From Nitrospinales bacterium (GTDB taxonomy: Bacteria; Nitrospinota; Nitrospinia; Nitrospinales; VA-1): a DNA stretch of 64,000 nucleotides. A program made the translations under genes and the position numbers. A model generated the notes under the pieces. The model was not told the origin of the DNA, did not search any database, and saw nothing but the letters and a program-made list of their open reading frames with translations. The stretch is taken from contig CBDCWG010000012.1 in the NCBI GenBank assembly GCA_965223345.1, positions 896,001 through 960,000 on the forward strand, read 5' to 3'. The first letter of the stretch is position 1. Each line of letters opens with the position of its first letter. Below are positions 58,206-64,000 of this stretch, piece by piece.

Positions 58206-58289
58206 CCGCTCTTTTCGTTTTCACCAAGATTTATCGTTAATAATTACATTATTAATGGTTCCTCGATAAAAAAAATCACCGGAGGCTTC

Positions 58290-59318
58290 ATGTTCACAGC
58301 CCAGGGAATTGTCAAACCAAAGCGGTTGGAATTCGATAAGAAAAACAAAACCTCGTTTTATGGAAAATTCGTCGCCGGTCCGTTCGAACGCGGCTACGGC
58401 GTCACGATCGGAAACTCGTTGCGCAGAATGCTGCTTTCCTCCATCGAGGGGGCGGCGATCGTGGGCGTCAAATTCGAAGGCATCTACCATGAGTTTTCAT
58501 CGGTTCCCGGAGTCATCGAAGACGTGACGGAGATCATCCTCAACCTCAAGCAGGTGAACCTGCGGTTGGCAGGTGAGGCGGCGACCAAAAGGATCTACCT
58601 CAACAAGGAAACGCCGGGGAAAGTGACGGCGGCGGATATCACGGCGGATCCCGATGTGCAGATCCTGAATCCGGATCACCACATCGCGACCATCGACCAG
58701 AACGGTTCGCTGAATATGGAGATGATCATCCAGAAAGGGCGCGGCTATGTGCCGGCGGAACGGCAGGGGCTGGAAGACGAATCGGTGCAGATGATCCCGA
58801 TGGATGCGATCTATTCGCCGATCGAAAAGGTCAGCTACCACGTGGAGAACACGCGCGTCGGGCAATCGACCGATTACGATCAGCTGGTCATGGAACTCTG
58901 GACCAACGGGGGCATCACTCCCGACGATGCGGTGGCGCACGCGGCCAAGATCGTCAAGGACCACATGCAGATCTTCATCAATTTCGACGAAGAGCCGGAA
59001 CCGGTGCAGCCGCAGATCGATGAGAAAAAGCAGAAAATGCTGACCAACATGGCCAAATGCGTGGAGGAGTTGGAGCTTTCGGTGCGGTCCTACAATTGTC
59101 TGAAAAACGCCAATATCCAGACGATCGCCGAGCTGGTGCAAAAGACCGATTCGGAGATGCTCAAAACGCGCAATTTCGGCCGCAAATCGCTCAACGAGAT
59201 CAAGGAGATCCTGGAGGACATGGGATTGTACCTTGGCATGAAGGTCGATGAGGAAGATCTGAAACAGATCACGCAGGCGAGAAAGAAAAAGGAAATCGAA
59301 ACGGATATCGTGGGTTGA
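58290..59318 (+). CDS. rpoA: RNA polymerase subunit alpha
   Basis: [44 protein letters not shown]. Confidence 0.99.
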   Translation: MFTAQGIVKPKRLEFDKKNKTSFYGKFVAGPFERGYGVTIGNSLRRMLLSSIEGAAIVGVKFEGIYHEFSSVPGVIEDVTEIILNLKQVNLRLAGEAATKRIYLNKETPGKVTAADITADPDVQILNPDHHIATIDQNGSLNMEMIIQKGRGYVPAERQGLEDESVQMIPMDAIYSPIEKVSYHVENTRVGQSTDYDQLVMELWTNGGITPDDAVAHAAKIVKDHMQIFINFDEEPEPVQPQIDEKKQKMLTNMAKCVEELELSVRSYNCLKNANIQTIAELVQKTDSEMLKTRNFGRKSLNEIKEILEDMGLYLGMKVDEEDLKQITQARKKKEIETDIVG

Positions 59319-59356
59319 TTCCAACCCGCGATCCTTTTTAAGGAAAGACACACCCC

Positions 59357-59944
59357 ATGCGTCATTTGAAAGCCGGTAGAAAATTCGGACGCACGTCCGC
59401 GCACCGCAAAGCCCTGTTTCGCAATCTGGTGACGGCTCTGCTCGAACGGGAGAAGATCCGCACCACGCTCCCTAAAGCCAAAGAGCTGCGCAGCAAGGTG
59501 GAAAAAACCATCACTCTGGGCAAGAAGGGCACGCTGCACGCCCGCCGCCAGGCGTTCAAGAATGTGAACGACAAAGCGGTCGTGCAGAAGCTGTTCGGTC
59601 CTCTGGCGGAGCGCTATGCGAAGCGGAACGGCGGCTACACGCGCATCATCAAACTGGGGAACCGGTTGGGTGACGATGCGCCGATGGCTTTCATCGAGCT
59701 TGTGGGCGAAGACGAACCGAAGGTGAAGGAAACGAAGGCGAAAGCCAAGGCCAAACCGAAGAAGGTTGCCGAGCCGGCCGCCGAAAAGAAAACCGCGAAG
59801 AAGAAGGAACCTGTGGCCAAAGCGCCCGCCGCCAAGGCGAAAAAGGCGGCACCGAAAAAAGCGGAAACCAAGGAAGCGAAAAAGCCCGCCGCAAAACCGA
59901 AAAAAGCGGCTTCCCCGAAAAAGGAAGACAAAGACAAAAAATAG
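59357..59944 (+). CDS. rplQ: 50S ribosomal protein L17 with Lys/Ala/Pro-rich C-terminal extension
   Basis: [28 protein letters not shown] then a low-complexity tail. Confidence 0.98.
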   Translation: MRHLKAGRKFGRTSAHRKALFRNLVTALLEREKIRTTLPKAKELRSKVEKTITLGKKGTLHARRQAFKNVNDKAVVQKLFGPLAERYAKRNGGYTRIIKLGNRLGDDAPMAFIELVGEDEPKVKETKAKAKAKPKKVAEPAAEKKTAKKKEPVAKAPAAKAKKAAPKKAETKEAKKPAAKPKKAASPKKEDKDKK

Positions 59945-59968
59945 TTCTTAAAGTATCAATCCCACCTC

Positions 59969-60004
59969 GACCTTTCGGACGGATTCTCTTCCGAAAGGTC
60001 TTTT
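59969..60004 (+). terminator. intrinsic terminator of the alpha operon
   Basis: GACCTTTCGGA...TCCGAAAGGTC 11-bp stem followed by TTTT. Confidence 0.75.
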
Positions 60005-60139
60005 ACGCCCCACCACGTTTTCAGTTTCGCCCATCCTCGTGCAGACAAACCGGTATTGCTAACAAAAGTTCACCGCGCTTGCGTTTTAGTGAAAAAGCCG
60101 GGCGTTGTCGCCTGGCCGGCGAATGGCAGCGGGGTTTTA

Positions 60140-60559
60140 TCAGCAGTGCACGACGTTCGCCGGAACGCCGGTGGGTTCCTGGGTGAACCGGTAGCTGGTG
60201 TTTTCCTTGATCCAGAGCAACAGCTCGTCGTAGCTTTTGAAATGCTCGGTGAAGCCGTAATCCTCGCCTGTGTATTCGCAGTTTTCGGTGCTGTGTTCGC
60301 GGCACATGTAGGGCCGGTGTTCGTAGATGCCGCATTTGTTGTCGGCGTTCAGGAAATTACAGCGGGTGTGGATCATGATGTACCAGCATTTGCGATAAAT
60401 ATAGATGGACACCTTTTCATGCGCGATTTTCCACAGCAGACTTTCGTAATCTCTGCGGGTTTCCGGTTCGTCGAGCTCGAAGGCGAAATAATTACAACAG
60501 TATGCCGGCAGACATTTTTCGCATTGGCTGGTGTTGTCCCGTTTGCTTTTTGTGGTCAT
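60140..60559 (-). CDS. YkgJ/CxxCxxCC family cysteine-cluster protein
   Basis: CEKCLPAYCC...RCNFL...CGIYEHRPYMCR. Confidence 0.85.
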   Translation of the reverse strand: MTTKSKRDNTSQCEKCLPAYCCNYFAFELDEPETRRDYESLLWKIAHEKVSIYIYRKCWYIMIHTRCNFLNADNKCGIYEHRPYMCREHSTENCEYTGEDYGFTEHFKSYDELLLWIKENTSYRFTQEPTGVPANVVHC

Positions 60560-61042
60560 GGATGATTCCTTATCGGTTGGAAACGGTGTGTTCCCACTAA
60601 AGTCGGAAAATTCGAATGCCGGCTCCCCCGCGGGATGAAAAGAGAACGGCCTGAGAACAGAACGGATCGAAAAAGCGCGCCGGTGTTCGGATCGTGCGAC
60701 GCGCTTTCGTTTAAAAAACCGTCAGACCGATATTCTGCCTTCAAGCATGGATGAAGTCAATCACAGGAAACAATTTTTCAGAACGCATGTCTGCAAAGCG
60801 GTCGTAAACACGATGACCGGATCGATGCGGAATCCACGGCGCACCCATTTGACTCGATCCGGCGGCCCGTTTTGTGGACGGGACGCTTTTTTCCCCGATG
60901 CGGCTTGAGCCCGATCCCGGCCCCGTTTTTCACCGCAGCGGTGCGCCGGACCCCCGATTTTTCCCCTTTCCGAACCCGCGAAAATCCCCGAAAAACCGCC
61001 CCTTTTGGCCCGAGGACCGCCCTTTTCGCTATGGGGGCGCAC

Positions 61043-61071
61043 TTGACCATTCGGTATGGCTGAATTACAAT
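61043..61071 (+). promoter_or_regulatory. sigma70 promoter for the terminal operon
   Basis: TTGACC-17 bp-TACAAT, about 30 bp upstream of ATG 61101. Confidence 0.7.
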
Positions 61072-61100
61072 AAGTATAATAAAAACAATAGGATTTGGCG

Positions 61101-61310
61101 ATGAAACGGATCGTGTGCACCGCTGTTTTTTTGGTTTTTTACCCCGGAGTGGCCCAGGCCTACGTCGATCCCGGTTTTTTGGGATCGCTGTATCAGATGA
61201 TCTACATGTTCGTTTTCGGTGTGGCGGCCGCCTGGGTCCTGAAACCGTTCCGCTACCTTTCCGCCCTGTACAAACGCGTGAAGGCGCGGTTTTCGGAAAA
61301 AAGCTCCTGA
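61101..61310 (+). CDS. small membrane peptide: signal peptide, YVDPG motif, TM helix, basic tail
   Basis: MKRIVCTAVFLVFYPGVAQA-YVDPGFLGSLYQMIYMFVFGVAAAWVLKPFRYLSALYKRVKARFSEKSS; AGGA ribosome-binding site at 61090. Confidence 0.75.
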   Translation: MKRIVCTAVFLVFYPGVAQAYVDPGFLGSLYQMIYMFVFGVAAAWVLKPFRYLSALYKRVKARFSEKSS

Positions 61311-61331
61311 ACGATCGCCCCACGACGAACC

Positions 61332-62738
61332 TTGGAACTCCCACTTTCAGACATTCAAACGCACGCCTCGTCCTACGTGGACCCGAACGGCTTCGTGTTT
61401 CTGCACGAGGACAAAATCTACAGAGGGATCCACAGGGAAAACGAGAGTTTTTACCGCTCCCTGTTCGAGCAGGGGATGGTGCGGGATTGGGTGCGCATCC
61501 ACAATCTTGTGGAGTCGCAGCCGACAACGCTTTCGATTCCCGAGGCGGATTGTCCTTTCGTCATCGAACACCGCAGAATCGAGCCGCTCACCTATTGCGT
61601 GGAGTGGACGCCTTCCATGCTCAAAAGCGCGGCGCTTTCCCTACTGGAGCTGAACATCGCCCTGCAGGAGAAAGACTGCATCCTACAAGATGCGTATCCC
61701 TGGAACATCCTGTTTGAAGCCACGCGACCGGTGCACGTGGATTTCACCTCCATCGTTCCCGTCAACGGGCAGAAACTCTTGTGGCCCGCGTACCAGCAGT
61801 TTTTGAATTTTTTCATCCATCCGCTTCAACTCGCGTCGATGGGCAAAGGAGCGCTGGCGCGGTTTCTCCTGCAGGATTATATTCACGGCGTGTCGCTGGA
61901 CGATGTGCATGCCCACATGAGCCTGCGTTACAAACTGCGCCACCCTTTGAGCTATTCCCTGAGCCAGGCGATGCGCTGGATGAACTGCCGGGCGCAAAAG
62001 CAGAAACATCTCAAAGTGGGGCTGCAAAACCGGATTTCGCAGCAGACCCAAAGCGGTCCCGGCAGGGAGATGCGGGTGCGTTTTTTAAAGGGGCTGTTGA
62101 AAAAAACCGCAGCCATCCCGCTGCCTTCGCCCAGGGACAACTGGACGGGATACTACGAGGGGTGCGAGGGCGCGTGCCAGGAAAAAAAATTACAGGTTCT
62201 CGAATCCCTGTTGGAGAAGATCCGGCCGGAAACGCTCCTGGATCTCGGCTGCAATCGAGGGCGGTATTCTCTGCTGGCCGCGCAGAAGGGCGCGCGCGTG
62301 ATCTCCATGGACGCCAGCGAGTCCTGCGTGGAGGCGCTGTACCATGCCGCCCGCGAGGGCGATTACCCGATCACGCCTGTGGTGGGCAACGCGCTCAACC
62401 CGACGCCCGCGTTCGGTTTTCTCGCGCGGCAGTTCCCCTCGATGATCACGCGGTTTCGCTCGCAGGTGGTGCTGTGCCTGGCGCTCATGCACCATCTGCA
62501 CATCAACGGGCGGCAGTCGATGGACCGGATCGCACAGCTCATGGATGCCTTGTCCGAGCGGGCGGTGATCTTTGAATACGTGGATCCGGAGGACGACAAC
62601 AACCGCCTGCTGGATCACGGACGGGTGATCGATTACAGCCTGGCATCCGTTTCCGAGGCGCTGCGACGCTACTTCAAACTGACGGCTTTCGATTCGGACC
62701 GGCCGACGCGGAAAATCCTCCTTTGCGAAAAATTATAA
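61332..62738 (+). CDS. NoeA-like protein: N-terminal kinase-like domain plus C-terminal class I SAM methyltransferase
   Basis: SYVDPNGFVF, TYCVEW, QDAYPWNILF, HVDFTS; LLDLGCNRGRYS, LALMHHL, IFEYV. Confidence 0.78.
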   Translation: MELPLSDIQTHASSYVDPNGFVFLHEDKIYRGIHRENESFYRSLFEQGMVRDWVRIHNLVESQPTTLSIPEADCPFVIEHRRIEPLTYCVEWTPSMLKSAALSLLELNIALQEKDCILQDAYPWNILFEATRPVHVDFTSIVPVNGQKLLWPAYQQFLNFFIHPLQLASMGKGALARFLLQDYIHGVSLDDVHAHMSLRYKLRHPLSYSLSQAMRWMNCRAQKQKHLKVGLQNRISQQTQSGPGREMRVRFLKGLLKKTAAIPLPSPRDNWTGYYEGCEGACQEKKLQVLESLLEKIRPETLLDLGCNRGRYSLLAAQKGARVISMDASESCVEALYHAAREGDYPITPVVGNALNPTPAFGFLARQFPSMITRFRSQVVLCLALMHHLHINGRQSMDRIAQLMDALSERAVIFEYVDPEDDNNRLLDHGRVIDYSLASVSEALRRYFKLTAFDSDRPTRKILLCEKL

Positions 62739-64000
62739 AATACATCGATGCGGGGTGCCTGACCTACCTGCTTTGCCTGCTCACGGTCTCCATCGCGTTC
62801 GGCCTGTCGCAGGACCTGCTGTTTTTCAAATCCGACCCGGCCGCTCTGATTCACTTTCTCGTCGCGATGGGATGGCTGCTGGCGCTCGTACTCGCCGTTC
62901 CGCTGGCGCTGGTTCTCTATTTCACCGGCGAGGGTTTCAAAGAACGCGGATTGAAAGGGCTGTCCGTTCTGGCGCTCACCCAGATCCTGTTCGGCTTTTC
63001 CGTGCACTATCTCGACACCAGCGAGGTGTTTCAATTTTCCCTGCAGCAGGTGCAGGCGCACTGGACCGGTACGGGCGAATTCGTGGTCTACCTGATTGCG
63101 GTGGCGGGCATCTGGGCGCTCTGCTTTGTGCTGGCGGCGCTGTTCGCCCGCGCCATGGACATCCGCCCGCGCGTCGTTTCTCTGTCCTACGGCGTCACGG
63201 CTTTGGGATTCGTTCTGCTCTGGCTGTTTCCCGCGGTGAACGCCTTGACGGCCCCGTCATCGGTGCAGAAGGAAGTGCGGCGCAACGCGATCCTGATCGT
63301 TCTGGATGGTCTCAGCACAAAATACCTTTCGCCTTACAACCCGGATGAAGACACGCCGGAGTTCGCCCAACTGGCCGAATCAGCGGTGTTGTACAGCAAC
63401 GTGCGCACGAACTTCACCCACACCTCCGGATTTTTTTACACCCTGCATGCGGGCCGAAAAACAGCCTGGTCCGATCCCAAAGAAAACAAGCCGACCGGAC
63501 TGCTGCAAGAACTGCAGAGAGCGGGCATCACCACGCGCTGGTTCACCTACCACAACAACGGCGTTCCGGATGTACACAATTTTCCGTACCGCGGCCTGCG
63601 TTCGACCTATCTGGTCAGCCGGTTCGCCTGGATGCCGCGGCTTTTGAACGTGGACTACAACGTGTTCGAGATGCGGGGCGCCGGCGCCCGCGGAAAGGCG
63701 ATGGGCGGGCGTGAAAAAGCGATCCACGGTTTTCTGTCCGGAGTCAACGGCGATTCCTATCTGCACCCTTTGCGGCATTGGGTGCCCGAGGAAATCCAGT
63801 CTTTGAGAGAAGAGGCGCGGCCGTTTTTCATGATCGTACACCTGCCCGTCAACGCCCTCACGCCATCGGAATCCGGGCCCAAGACCTGGGAGCTGGAGAA
63901 GGCGGACTTCACGCCCACAGAGCGGCTGCAGAAGGTGCGACAGAAGATGCTCAAGGACCAGGATTACACGTATCGCAAAGAGGACGCCTGGGCGGTCGAG
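62723..64000 (+). CDS. membrane-anchored alkaline-phosphatase/sulfatase-superfamily protein (LtaS/EptA-like topology), truncated by the window edge; absent from the ORF track
   Basis: Frame open from TTG 62723 to the window end: about 5 TM segments, then RNAILIVLDGLS...TPEFAQLAESAVLYSNVRTNFTHTSG...RPFFMIVHLP. Confidence 0.78.
   Translation, partial: MRKIIKYIDAGCLTYLLCLLTVSIAFGLSQDLLFFKSDPAALIHFLVAMGWLLALVLAVPLALVLYFTGEGFKERGLKGLSVLALTQILFGFSVHYLDTSEVFQFSLQQVQAHWTGTGEFVVYLIAVAGIWALCFVLAALFARAMDIRPRVVSLSYGVTALGFVLLWLFPAVNALTAPSSVQKEVRRNAILIVLDGLSTKYLSPYNPDEDTPEFAQLAESAVLYSNVRTNFTHTSGFFYTLHAGRKTAWSDPKENKPTGLLQELQRAGITTRWFTYHNNGVPDVHNFPYRGLRSTYLVSRFAWMPRLLNVDYNVFEMRGAGARGKAMGGREKAIHGFLSGVNGDSYLHPLRHWVPEEIQSLREEARPFFMIVHLPVNALTPSESGPKTWELEKADFTPTERLQKVRQKMLKDQDYTYRKEDAWAVE

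Noticed and set aside
60560..61040. Long intergenic region with C- and T-runs and short ORFs
   Set aside because: No regular repeat unit, CRISPR-like spacing or credible coding signal; treated as a divergent promoter region

Overview
GC-rich chromosomal DNA from a diderm (LPS-making) bacterium. The gene set is reminiscent of Nitrospinota or deltaproteobacteria-like lineages, but this is an impression and not determined. 1-28 kb is a mixed region: gamma-carbonic anhydrase, purine nucleoside phosphorylase, CDF and CPA transporters, a CheY-like pseudo-receiver, a tandem-domain diheme c protein, two SAM methyltransferases plus a GNAT-like protein, an MscS-like channel, a receiver and Hpt pair, rpsT, holA-lptE-leuS, a Na+/solute symporter, two tandem waaA paralogues divergent from lpxK, an amidohydrolase and tdh-kbl. 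28.5-60 kb is one uninterrupted + strand transcription/translation supercluster (5 tRNAs, rpmG-secE-nusG-rplKAJL-rpoBC, str, S10, spc and alpha operons) lacking rpmD, map and the tRNA-linked tuf copy. 60-64 kb holds a YkgJ-like protein and the start of an operon: a signal-peptide/YxDPG membrane peptide, a NoeA-like kinase-fold plus methyltransferase protein and a membrane sulfatase-fold transferase. The most unusual observations are (i) a gapless copy of the beta' zinc-ribbon motif, stripped of most basic residues, inserted in RpoB, (ii) the peptide / kinase-methyltransferase / transferase operon, (iii) a terminator-like hairpin directly after rpsJ and (iv) a pseudoknot-like leader before the cation/H+ antiporter. 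No mobile element, CRISPR array or rRNA was seen. Family calls come from motif recognition, not database searches.
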